Below are positions 23,954-36,200 of a stretch of DNA of 64,000 nucleotides, piece after piece. Where the stretch lies: positions 204,910,001 to 204,974,000 of the forward strand of contig NC_042997.1 of the NCBI RefSeq assembly GCF_006345805.1. Direction: 5' to 3'. How positions within the stretch are numbered: position 1 is the stretch's first letter; each line of letters starts with the position of its first letter. This stretch comes from Octopus sinensis (taxonomy: Eukaryota). The notes under the pieces were generated by a model. The model saw only the letters and a list, made by a program, of their open reading frames with translations. It searched no databases and was not told where the DNA came from. The position numbers and the translations under genes are program-made.

Positions 23954-24660
23954 GGGTTATCCGCAGGAATGATGTTAATGTATTCTTTACAGATATAGAT
24001 TTACAATTTTACGCATATATTTATATATTTCACATGCACAGGAAATAGTTTACACCTATTCAGGCATAGTTCTGACAATACAGTCTGTCTACCACCACTT
24101 GGGTTCTGTTTTGATCAGGAAAGCACAGAGGAAGGTTGTTTTGTTGGTTGAGAAATATTATTGATGCTTTTAAGAAATTGGCTTACTTTTTGTTTCCCAG
24201 TATTTGTCGTACGTATATCATTGAAATCGAGAGACTCGCAAAAGGTGAGAGAATTATTATTTTCTTGGTTTAGCAACATGTCAGTGTTGCGGGAGTAGAT
24301 CTATGATACAAGACGTTCTAACCTTGACCACCACCCTCTCTATTCATATGCATTGTCCACCAATGTATCCCCTTTCTAAGAATTGAAGGAATGAATTGAG
24401 AGATATTTGGCTGTTGTTTTCAGTATTTTGTTTTCTTTGGAGGAGTTTACTGTGACACGAGGTGTCTGAGGATAAACCATGAATCAATCGGGTTTTCTTT
24501 TTCTCTCTGGGGTTGGAATCCCTATAAATGCTGTTGCCTTTCCTTTCCTGTTTGTTATTGTTATTTTTGTTGTTTAACACCTTTTCTTCCAGAAGAAGTC
24601 TCTGTCTTCTCGTGAAGAAGTTTCTGTGATGTTCATAACTCCTCCCCTGACTACTATCAC
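23560..24660. repeat. Repeat U variant B, long copy; paralogous to 50130-51200
   Basis: Colinear similarity to 50130-51200, including the segment left of the shared core. Confidence 0.85.
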
Positions 24661-25374
24661 TACTATTACAACTTCTATGATGATCGTTGCGGTTGTGCCT
24701 GCTATTTGCCATAGTCGTAGTAGAGGGACAATGGTCAGTTATTTTAGCTTGTGACGCAGTTTAGCTGGTAGGCTGTATAGTATTTGTTGTAATGTTATTT
24801 ACTGCGAAACCACATAGGGGTTCAAAAATCGTCCACGTTTTCGTTTATATTGTTTGAGAGAAGCTTAATTCCAGATCTTTTCCCAAAATATATCCCTCAT
24901 TGAAAATTATACTGAAACTGTGTATTTTGAACAATAGTCCTGATTATTCTATAATATTTATTTTTTTTACAAAAGAAAGACAAAGAAAAGAGAAAATCGG
25001 AATAATGAGAGAAACGTAAAAGAAAAAACGAGAGAAAAAGCATCACTGCAGCACCAATTGATTCAGTTGGTCGCATCCGACAAGGCCCAACGGAACAAAC
25101 TGATGTAAGCCAGAAAGTCGTACCATTATCAGGATCGAAGGCGAGGCTAAGGCGTTGGAAAAGCCAAACGCCATCACAGGCATCACCCTACGCCTCGGTT
25201 AAGCGAGCTGCCAACGATGACAAGAACTTCGTTGTTAGCGGTTCACTTCCTTCAAACATCTCAAACGCCATAAGTTGGAAGAGACAGTTCAATCTCAGTT
25301 CCCGATATTTCAAGGTTTTGTTCCGTTTGGCTACAAAATTTCTTCCTACGTCCCGCAAATGTTGCTTGTTGGCG

Positions 25375-25830
25375 TAATTGTTTCGCAGTAAAATGATTTA
25401 GTTGTGGATGCAGATCGTCCATGTATGGTTCCAATCTGATCAAACATCCAACGACGGGGTTTTGTTTAGCTCTTCTATAACAATTAATAAATCTGTCCTC
25501 AATTCATAAATCCAAGAAAAAAAAATGTGTTTTGTGGTTACGGTTTCTTCTCTAACTACAGCTAGAAAGAATCTGTTTATCTGTTGAGCTGTTGTTTTTG
25601 TTCTGTTCCTTGGTTGTGTTGTTGTTGTTCTTGATGTTGTGTCCAGCCATGTTGTTTGTAGTAAATCTCTGCATGCTAAATTCAAGTTTCAGTCGGAAAC
25701 CACCCCGATTAGTTAATCCATCTGAAGATGAACGAGTTATTTGATAAGGCTGGTAGTTGTAGCTTCAGAGTTGGAGATAGTAATCATCGTATTTTCGATG
25801 AATAGTCTGACACATCAAATAGGTGTATGT
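25375..25830 (-). mobile_element. 3' region of the (TATG)n-bearing R4-like family
   Basis: Matches 51540-51970 and 11800-12100. Confidence 0.7.
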
Positions 25831-25966
25831 ATGTATGTATTTAATAAGAAGGATTTATCTACATTCATTCCAGGAAATGGCATTGTGCCTTATTTATGAG
25901 GTTGCTGTGCTCTACTAGAAGTTCCCGAAGTCCATACATACGGTATGAGTGTGAGACAGGAATATA

Positions 25967-26325
25967 TCAGCTCATCAAATAAGTTCTGTCCGATTTTATC
26001 GTTTTTAAAATTGAATGAAATTTAATATTATTATAGAATGTCTATTGGAATTTAAAATTATTTTTATGCATTTCTGTACATTTCAACTAATGAAATATTA
26101 TTTTACAGAATAATAGAATTAAAATTTCGTTCATTAAAACACTTTCTAACATGGAAGTATCCAAAGAGCATTTAAAGAACATAATTTATGAGTAGAAAAA
26201 AGGGAACTCTGCAGCGGAAGCGACTCGAAACATACACTCAGTTTATGGGAAAAAATGCTTGAATGAAAGAACTTGCAGAAGATGGTTTGCAAAATTCAGA
26301 AGTGGAGATTTCAGCCTATTGAGGA
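25967..26325 (+). mobile_element. Mariner 5' fragment, duplicate of 12713-13075
   Basis: Same TIR and truncation point; an extra TAC>TAG stop (TATGAGTAG) removes the ORF. Confidence 0.85.
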
Positions 26326-27276
26326 GGCCAAAAGTCAACAATGTGTTGAAGTATTGAATCAAAAGGATCTAACTCTTTTAATTCAATCCCTTGTCGCCAA
26401 ATAAACTCAACGTTTTAGAGGGGAGATGGCCTAATTTTTGAATGGCAATTTTTTACTGGGGCTGAGGCAACTGAAAAGTGCAAAAGAATCGTTGAAAACA
26501 GGGCAAATTGGAAAAACGTGCTTGCAGGGAGCAGTCACTTACCGTGCTTCATTATTAGCAACGCCACTGGAAGAATGCAAGAGAGACAAAGATTTACATC
26601 AGTAAAATGTTTTCAGTAGGAATTTTGCCATTTAATGAGTTTGCTTCGCTAGAGTTGATCAGAGCGGCTGTAAGAAATATAACTTTGTTTTTATGTTAAA
26701 AGTTATATGAATAACCCAGAACACTGAACGGAGGAGTAGAATATTAGACAATAGTGACACTGGCGGACTTTATAAATTCAGTATCTTTTTTTATATTTGC
26801 CATTTAAACGCTGGTTATTGCAGATAAAAAAATCATCTGTTCCATTGTGGTGTTGAGGAGTTTCACAAACTCGTACAATCAGATGTTAATCGACTGTTAA
26901 TAAAGAGAACTGTTTTTTACGTCATCTATATTGAAACCTCCGTATTTTCAGTTCAAATATAACTTGATTCAGTTATGATGCTAATTTTAATACCTTGAAC
27001 TAGGTAGCATCGAATGCAATAGAACATCTCCTGCAACCGTTGAATAGAACATCTCCTGCAACCGTTGAATAGAAAATATTGACCTTGAAACGGGGATATG
27101 TTTAACCATAAAAGAGGTACTCGGCAACAGAAAAATGCATTGATTTCTCAGATACATTGACCACAACACTTATGATTATTTCGTAACATTGCAAATGTCT
27201 ATGAAATGAAGAAACAGAGTTGAATCTTCATTACTTAATATGCTTTGTTTTTTCATAGTTTTACAGATAACCAAAT

Positions 27277-29499
27277 ATGGCTGCCACGCAGACGACAACA
27301 ACAGCGACCAGTTCTCTTATTCTTTCAATCATTCTTATTATCACACTGACATCACTAAACATCGATGCGAAGGAATTCGGCAATGATTGTGAAGTTAAAA
27401 TCCCACCCAATATCGGTGAGATTTTATCTCGTTTAGTAAAATTAGAAAAAGAGGTTTTCAAATTTGAAGTCCATTTATCAAACAAGACACTTGATGACCT
27501 TCTTAACCCTGTGCCATTGGATTATTTTGCAAATGCGAGGAATTTTACGTGGATTCCAGATAAATCAGGTGCTTTAACTCTATATAGAACTTTCTCCTAT
27601 GATTTTTCAATGAATTCTTTTAATATCTTGGACGGCAACATTGCGAAACAAAGGATTGATATCAATATCACTTGTGGAAAACAAAATATTCAGAGACACG
27701 ATTTAATATATTTGATATTCGACGCATTGAAAAGAATCATATTTATGGAGAAATTGTAAATGGCAGAATCTGGATACATGTGTTTTTTTATAAATTTGTC
27801 TCAAGACATGAAGAAGAACAGCCCTGGCACATTTGAAACTTACAGAAGAATTGGTATAAATCGAGAAATTATAAAGAACTCTTGCTGTAAACTCTATAAA
27901 AATGAAAGTCATGTTTATCGCCCCAAATCTATTTGTTCAGGAAAAATCATTGAGAATTCTATATTTTACAATTATGCAAATACTTTCGGAGCTGTTTTGT
28001 GGGCTATATTACCATTACTCATTAGTTTCGTATCAAAAGCGAAAGTACCTTCACATTCCCGTCAACTCAATCTGCCACTGTTTGCTCACGATGAATTCTT
28101 ATTTACAATTAAAAACACATTGCCACACGAATCCGAGTGGATCAATGGAAAACATAATATTTACACATTCTCTCATCTTCTGTCTTGGGTATTTTGTTTC
28201 CACAATTCCTCTTTCTTTGCCTCAAGACTAAGAAGATTCCTTTGTATTCTATTTTCTCTTTCAGTACTCTTTCTGGATCTTTTGATGCATTACTTCTTTT
28301 TATATGAAACAATAGAAATTCTTTACCAAGATGGTATACCATTGGGTTATCGCGCCCTAATATTAGGAATAACAGAAAGTTATGACAATACAGATGGCTT
28401 CTTTGGGGGTCCGTTTGTATTGTTCACCAGCTATATATTTTTCAGCTTTATTCTCTTCGTTCTTCCCAGTCGAACAAGTGAGACTGTCGCTTATAATACA
28501 TTACATCAAAGATGCACTTTCACGTTTCTCATTCAAAATAAGAGATTATTAGAGAAGTATGGCAGTTTTAATGTTTCTACACTACAGGATTATGATCTAC
28601 TCTATGCAATAATGGAAGCTAATATTTCTACTGCTTTAAACCCAAATTTCTGGTATTTAATAATTTATACTTGGATTAACCGTATAAAGAAAATTTGGTT
28701 ATATTACTACAGGAGAAATATTTTCTGGCGATTCATTACACTTTGGCTCTGTGTTTCCATCACAATTTTATTTGCTGTATTTTCTGTCTGCGAATTATTT
28801 CTGTGCCTCGTTTATTATGGAATCCCAATTGTTTATCTGATTTTAACTTTACCATTAAGTTATTTCAGAGTTTATATTTACTCCCTGTATTTGAATCCTA
28901 ACTATATTTTCAAGATTATTGCTTTCATTTTAACATTCATATCGTTTCTATGTTTTATAATATGGGGAATTTATTCAATCTATATATTTCTTACAAGTTT
29001 TGAAACCATCTGCACGTATATATTTTCATCAGCTATTGCAGTACTTGCTAAGCCTGGTACTGTTGGTGATATATTGTTTGTTTCCATGTTTCTTCTCTAT
29101 GGTATTGAAATTATAAAAGCTATTCAGAAACGGTATGAGTTTATTCTACTCGAAGCCATAAAGCTCACCAAACTTCTTCGTCCAAATTTAGTTCAGTCAA
29201 AATATGGGGAAGAATTCATAAACGCCAAGTTGTTCAAGACAATTGTTAACCATAATTTTCCATTGAGAAACGAGATTGGTAAATCCATTGTAAAATTGTT
29301 TCTAATCATATATTTTTTCTTTGTTTGCAAAAATATATTAAATCAAAGTGAATTCGACTTTTCAACATTCACAAAGATTATTTTGATACTGGTGACGTCT
29401 GGCATGCCTAAGTTATTGTCTACAATAAATACGAATCTTAGGTTAACAATAACCATATTAGATAAAATTATTCAAACAATAAACGTATATGAAGAATAA
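27277..29499 (+). pseudogene. Multi-pass membrane protein copy 2, one nonsense change at codon 161 (CAA>TAA, 27757-27759)
   Basis: 160 aa + stop + 579 aa = 740 codons, colinear with copies 1 and 3, which have CAA at 14503 and 61960; no other stop or frameshift. Confidence 0.85.
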
Positions 29500-29644
29500 A
29501 ATATATCACGGAGGAGTTTATCAAGTTATTTGATATTCTCGATGAAATCAAAACATGTTCCAGGTTTTTATGGATTCTTAACTACATTGTATAACATCAT
29601 CATCATCATTGTCGTCGTCGTTGTCATCATCATCATCGTCGTCG

Positions 29645-29677
<33 letters not shown>

Positions 29678-29699
29678 ACAACAACCACAACAATAGTTG

Positions 29700-29955
29700 T
29701 GGTTAATGAAAAGATTAGGCATGATACTCTCCGTAATTGTTGCCCTTGAAAGCATCAGCACTCAACTACCAAAAGATTGGTGCTGCAAGTGTGAAGGTAG
29801 AACACCTACAAAAGTCAATATTGATTGGAACTGCAAGAATCCTTCGCAGGGTTCTTGAAGCATGACCAGTAAAAACGTGTCGTCTTAGTCTGCTGGCTTT
29901 GGACAGCCGATACTTTCCATCATACCCAGCAAAATATGCTGTGAGTTTTCATATA
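29700..29955 (+). mobile_element. R4/Dong-like LINE 3' end with (TAA)n tail
   Basis: VEHLQKSILIGTARILRRVLEA* followed by a short 3' UTR and ATAATAATA; also begins at ~63930 downstream of copy 3. Confidence 0.7.
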
Positions 29956-29980
29956 ATAATAATAACGATAATAAATTATA

Positions 29981-30063
<83 letters not shown>

Positions 30064-30161
30064 AATGATAATAATAACGATAATAATGATAATAATGATA
30101 ACAATGATGATGATGTTGATAATAATAATAATAATAATAATATTAATAATAATAATAATGC

Positions 30162-30201
<40 letters not shown>

Positions 30202-30290
30202 ACTACTACTAATAATAATAATAGTAATAATAATAATAATTATAACAATGATGATGATGATGATGATGATAATACTACTACTACTACAAC

Positions 30291-30325
<35 letters not shown>
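29955..30325. repeat. Compound (AAT)n/(GAT)n/(ACT)n trinucleotide tract
   Basis: Directly visible; source of the poly-N/D/I/M ORFs. Confidence 0.95.
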
Positions 30326-30326
<1 letters not shown>

Positions 30327-30850
30327 CAAAAGCTGAACTCGACCCCAACATTCCCATCGAAGACATTGACACCCCGGCACTTCCGATAATCCAATACAGT
30401 TTTAACATCATTAACTGGAATCTTAGCGGGTTCCAACACCTGGATAGAAAAACAAGAAAACTACTAACTTCTTAAGAACATGCACCACCCAAAAGCAGAC
30501 GTTGATTGTCTGCTTTACCTACATAGAAGTAATGGGGGGAAGAGGATTGATGCAGGTAAATCTGTGCTGTAAGACACCTCCTCAATAGCAATGAACAAAT
30601 AGTTATCTCGTACAGAGGACTGGATGCTGTGGTTTGTGTGCAAAGACGAAAGCAGCAAAAATCACATTCCATTGCGAAGGAAGCTTGTAAATTCGCAAGG
30701 GAACTCGACATTAACCCTGAATTAAATGAAGAACTGGAAACCACTGCCACCAAACAAAACGGATCAAAGAAACAGCAAAAAAGAACGGGCAGAAACAAAT
30801 TGATGAGAGGTGGTGCCAGAAGCCTCTGCATGGACAATATAAATTGGATT
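30325..30850 (+). mobile_element. R4/Dong-like LINE fragment (RT thumb region), degenerate
   Basis: PIIQYSFNIINW..LDRKTRKLLT..MHHPKADVD..RSNGGRGLMQ..PLHGQY. Confidence 0.75.
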
Positions 30851-31509
30851 GAACGTGTGACACATCCATTTCCAAGTAAGTTTATCTTTACCTTTTTCAT
30901 GCCATTCTCTATTCTATACTGTTTTCTTCCTCAAATCCTTCTCTAATTCCCCTTTTCTCCCCATCCCCGTTTTCTATCTCTCTCTCTCTCTCCCCTTCTT
31001 CCTCTTTTTATTCTCTCTCTCTCTCTCTCGTTGCTTACACGTGATTATCACCCATCTTTCTTTTCTTGCACAGACGTTTAAACGAACGGACGTGATTTTT
31101 TCTCTCTCATCTATCTTTTCTCTTTTCAAAAGTGTTTCTCCCAGCGTTCACTATTTTCCTCCCGTTCCGGTCTAACGACTCTCCATGTTTGTTTTCGTTC
31201 GGTTTCCTTGTATGTCTCCACTGTCATTTTATTGTTCCCAACTTTGACCTTCAATAAATCCTAAATTTTATTTTAGAATTTATGGGAGCAGCTGTCTTTG
31301 AAGACTCCTAGTGTCTTTGAATACTCCAAATGAGGAGTAGATAGACAGCCAACCGATGAAGGGTCCTTTCTCTCTGTTAACGTATCCTGTTTTCAATTAT
31401 TTCCTCGTTGTTTACACATTTCACTCGTCTTTCCCGAATTTGTTTGCGTATTTCATGTTATTTGCATCGTTGGTGACGTCCTGTACCCATATATGCATGT
31501 AAATATATA

Positions 31510-32041
31510 TCTATATATTATTTATTTTATATATATATATAAAACTGTAGTTGTGTGAGTGTCTGTCCCCTTCGATTTAGATTCCTAACTACTCCCACAT
31601 TTTGCGGTGCAGTTTAACCAAATTCGGGTATCTTATAGTCGTATTTCATATCGAGCCCGTCTGGCTATTAGCGCGCGTCTACGATGAGTCTACGATTTTA
31701 AAAATAATTTAACATCATTTTTTATTCCATTTTAATGCATAATTTTTCGTGTGTCGATGGCGGCGGAGTTGGCGTCCATGGTCACACCTGCACCTGTTTG
31801 CTTCTCCCCCTTCTTCCCTCCCTCGTGAAGCTGTGGGGAAGGGAGTGTAAGGAAATCAACGTCGTAAAGCGTTGTCAAGGAGACCAGCGTCTTTTAGAAC
31901 AACGACTTCATGGCTTGAAGACACCAAAACAGAAATGGCTAAGAAAGCCCGAATTGGCATCTATAAGGGAAGTAACTCTCTAAAAATGCTTATATAGTTA
32001 TTTCCCTTACAAACCCGAGCAACGCCGGGCGATACTGCTAG
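31510..32041 (+). mobile_element. Non-autonomous Helitron, tandem copy 1
   Basis: A|TC start; 3' CCCGAGCAACGCCGGG hairpin + CTAG|T (32038-32042). Confidence 0.85.
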
Positions 32042-32548
32042 TATATATATAAAACTCTAGTTGTGTGAGTGTCTGTCCCCTTCGATTTAGATTTCTAACT
32101 CCTGCCACATTTTGCGGTGCAGTTTAACCAAATTCGGGTATCTTATAGTCGTAATTCATATCGAGCCCGTCTGGCTATTAGCGCGCGTCAACGATGAGTC
32201 TACGATTTAAAAAATAAGTTAACATAATTTTTTATTCCATTTTAATGCATAATTTTTCGTGTGTCGATGGCGGCGGAGTTGGCGTCCACGCTCACAGCTG
32301 CACCTGTTTGCTTCTCCCCCTTCTTCCCTCCCTCGTGAAGCTGTGGGGAAGGGAGTGTAAAGAAATCAACGTCGTAATGCGTTGTCAAGGAGACCAGCGT
32401 TCTTTTAGAACAACGACTTCATGGCTTGAAGACACCAAAACAGAAATGGCTAAGCCCGAATTGGCATCTATAAGGGAAGTAACTCTCTAAAAATGCTTAT
32501 ATAGTTATTTCCCTTACAAATCCGAGCAACGCCGGGCGATACTGCTAG
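32042..32548 (+). mobile_element. Non-autonomous Helitron, tandem copy 2
   Basis: Head-to-tail near-duplicate of copy 1; CTAG|T at 32545-32549. Confidence 0.85.
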
Positions 32549-32712
32549 TATATATATAAAATATTAGAAAAAACCCCACCTTTTATCAATTCAGAATGAA
32601 TAATTAAATTTACACCATCTAGAAAATTACATATAATAGAAAAGTTAAAATTAAAATAACAATTAAAAAGAAAAGATGAAGTAAATTACAAGAATAGAAA
32701 ACAGGTAGAAAA

Positions 32713-32797
32713 ACGAGACGTCTTTCGCTGCTATATTTAAGAAATGATTATAGTAGTAGAGAAATCACTTATATATAAATATAGTCGCTCATCAGGT
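32713..32797 (-). ncRNA. Hammerhead-like motif with a long stem II
   Basis: Minus strand AC-CTGATGA-GC..CTATATTTA..TAAATATAG..GC-GAA-AGACGTCT-C-GT: perfect core, palindromic stem III, CUC triplet; stem I only ~2 bp. Confidence 0.45.
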
Positions 32798-32857
32798 AAA
32801 AAATATAATTAAACAGTAAAATAATTAATTAATAGATATACTTTAATAAATACGTAT

Positions 32858-32936
<79 letters not shown>

Positions 32937-33558
32937 GAATATATATATGTATGTATATGAACATTCAAGATATACATAATTGAAAAATAAAATAATAATT
33001 CAATAATTATATAGTTTAAAATTAAATAAAAAACACAAAGCTATTACAAATCATTAAATTGTAATCAAAATAATAAATGTTTCAAATATAGACAAACTCC
33101 TTACATAAGCTAACCATATATATGGATCTTAAATTTGAGATGTTAAAGGAAAGAAGTTCAAAGATGGAATGAATACGTGGAGAGCCAAGTGTTTTAGAGG
33201 GAAAAATTGGGGAGGTATTCAGATAGGGAATAGTGAGAGGAGAAAATAAATTTCAAGAGTTAGGGGTTAATAAAGAGACTAGTAGGGAGTAATAGTAGCA
33301 GAGGTGGAAGAGAGGAGGGTTGTGTTGGTGGTAATTGTTGGGATAGCGAGAAAAGAGAATGGCCATTATTTGGGAGGAGTAAGTTGACTGGTCCAGTGGC
33401 TGACGGAGATTACTAAATAGAGAAGTATGAGAGAAGATAGAGGGAGGTGGATGAGAGTGATGGTGGGATTTGATAGTCTATACTCTCCATATTGTCCTAT
33501 CCAATGCATTCCGTATTGTTCTAGGCTAATGATACATGAAGCCTCATAGTAAAAAGAC

Positions 33559-33628
<70 letters not shown>

Positions 33629-33694
33629 GATCACTGGCTATCATAGCAATATTAAGATGTTCAGGTCTGCAAGGAGGTGAGCTGGCACAGACGT

Positions 33695-33794
33695 NNNNNN
33701 NNNNNNNNNNNNNNNNNNNNNNNNNNNNNNNNNNNNNNNNNNNNNNNNNNNNNNNNNNNNNNNNNNNNNNNNNNNNNNNNNNNNNNNNNNNNNN
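33695..33794. other. Assembly gap (100 N)
   Basis: Run of N; a SINE head (GGAGGTGAGCTGGCACAGACGT) is cut on the left and an R4-like RT on the right. Confidence 1.
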
Positions 33795-34993
33795 TTTACC
33801 AAAGAAATAGATATGAAATTTGGATTAGAGAAATGCGCCAAAGTAACCATGAAAAGAGGAAAACTAGTTAAGAGTAACAACATCACACTAGATAAAACCA
33901 ATGAAATAAAAGAATTAGACCAAAGCCAAACTTACAAATACTTAGGAATCCATGAACTAGATAAGACACAACACACACAAATGAAAGAGAAAATGAAAAA
34001 AGAATATTATAGACGAGTTAGATCAATACTAAACACAGAGCTTAATGCTAAAAACAAGATAATAGGTATCAACACTTTAGCTGTCCCAGTTATAAGTTAC
34101 AGCTACAATATCCTTAACTGGACACGAAATGAACTGACCAAAATAGATAGGAAAACAAGAAAAATAATGACAGGATCTAGGATGCATCACCCAAAATCTG
34201 ACATAGAAAGACTATATATACAACGTATAGAAGGTGGTAGAGGCCTTATACAGCTGGAAAACTACTATAAAATAACCACCATAGGACTGCAAAAATATCT
34301 ACTTCAGAAGGAAGGAAAACTGATCCAGATAGCGGCAAAACACGAGCAAAACAAAAAACTGTTCTCAGTATTTAAGGAAGCTGACAAATACAAACAAGAA
34401 ATCATACCACCTAATAAACATGAAGAAGAAGAAGAAGATGAAGAAACAACAAAAACTATAAAACAAATGAAATCCAAACTAAAAATAGAACAGCAACGAA
34501 CCATGATAAAACGATGGCAAGAAAAGCCCCTTCATGGTAAATACTGGACTAAACTAAACGCAAAAGAAATAGACAAAGAAAAATCCTAGCAATGGTTGAG
34601 AAGCTCAGGACTCAAAGCAGAAACAGAGGGATTTTTAATTGCAGCACAAGACCAAAGCCTCCCCACCAGAAATTACCAAAAACATGTAATGAAAAGAAAT
34701 ATTACAAGTAACTGCAGAATATCTGGAGATGGACAAGAAACAATAAATCATAGTAGGTGCATTAGGCATGATAAAAAAATATTCAGACAAATACATAACA
34801 AAAACACCAGGACTTACAAACACATATAACATACAGAAAATTGCACTACTAGGCACTGCACACATCCTACGCAGAACACTTTCCATACAATAACCATCAG
34901 AGCATCACAACAAACCACAGCACATACCCAAGGCACACAGAGCTGCACTCGGTAGTGAAGTGAAAGCACGCTATAAAATATAAAACTATGAAT

Positions 34994-35035
<42 letters not shown>

Positions 35036-35050
35036 TAATAATAATAACGA
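33795..35050 (+). mobile_element. R4/Dong-like LINE, 3' part, ending in (TAA)n
   Basis: MKFGLEKCAKV..KKEYYRRVRSILNTELNAKNKI..AVPVISYSY..MHHPKSDIERLY..GGRGL..WQEKPLHGKY..WLRSSGLKAETEGFLIAAQDQSLPTRNY; premature stop at ~34587 and a deleted endonuclease region. Confidence 0.85.
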
Positions 35051-36200
35051 ATGACTGGATGCTAAAGCTCGTGGAAAATCACGAGAGACGAAAGAAGCTT
35101 CATTCTATCATAAAGGAAAGCAAAAAATTTGCTATTGATCTCGTGCAGGATTACCCAAACTGAACAACCCGAGAGAAGTACGGCAACTATTATTGCAAAG
35201 AAAGTGAAAATGATGGCAACGAAAAAAGCGCACGAGCAATTGGCTGATAGGTGGGAGGAGAAACCTCTGCACGGCAAATATGTGACCCGCAGCAAACAAG
35301 CTGATGTTGACCAGAAGCAAACCCATCAGTGGCTACGGAGCTCAGGGCTAAAAGCAGAGAGCGAATGTTTCATCCTGGCTGCTCAAGATCAAAGCCTATT
35401 AACCCGGAACTACCAGGCCAATGTAATCAAAAATGGAGCAGACCTAAAATGCCGATTCTGCAATGACATGATTGAAACAGTGGACCACCTAATCTCTGGA
35501 TGTAAAGTCTTAGCACCAGTGGAGTATAAATTAAGACATGAGAGAGTTGGCCAATATCTACACTGGCTAATAAGTCGGCATTACAATATCAAAACTGCCG
35601 ACAAGTGGTATAATCACCACCCTGAAGCTGTAACTGAAGGAGAAAATGTAACGATTCTGTGGGACTTTCCAGTACATACAGACCGAACCATCAAAGCCAA
35701 TAAACCAGACAAAAACAATAAAGTTTGCTTATTGATCGACATGAGCATCCCCTGTGATCATAATATCTCGGCGAAAGTGTTTGACAAGCTCAGAAAATAT
35801 AAAGACCTGCTCATTGAAATTGAGAAAATTTGGCATCTCAAGGCGGTTACAATACCAGTGATCGTAGGAGCACTAGGAATGATCAAGAAGGGAACCGAAA
35901 ATTATATGAGAATGATCCCTGGCTTACCATCCCTGCAAGAAGTGCAAAAGATTGTCTTAACTGGTACATCACACGTACTGAGAAGAGCATTGTCGCTGTG
36001 AGAGCTGTTACTGCCGATGTATTTTAATTTAACCTTAAAAAAAAAATGAACGAACTATTGAGTTTGGTTTAATGGCCTACCAATGTATACTATGAGTTTC
36101 TTTGCCCTAGGAGTCGGGAAGACGCTCGGCAAGAAATGGAAGCAAATTTGAAAGAAGAAGAAAAAAAAAGAAACAATAATAATAATAATAATAATAATAA
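35050..36200 (+). mobile_element. Second R4/Dong-like LINE 3' part with CCHC finger and restriction-like endonuclease
   Basis: WEEKPLHGKY, CRFCNDMIETVDHLISGC (CCHC), LWDFPVHTDRTIKANKPD..LIDMSIP..KLRKYKDL, IPVIVGALG; (TAA)n tail at ~36170-36200. Confidence 0.9.

Noticed and set aside
29899-30475. Poly-Asn/Asp, poly-Ile and poly-Met ORFs
   Set aside because: Trinucleotide microsatellite; only the final ~45 codons are R4-like LINE sequence.
31350-31390. CCGATGAAGGG motif in a PLE-like 3' segment
   Set aside because: No paired stem II and no GAAA downstream; too degenerate to call.
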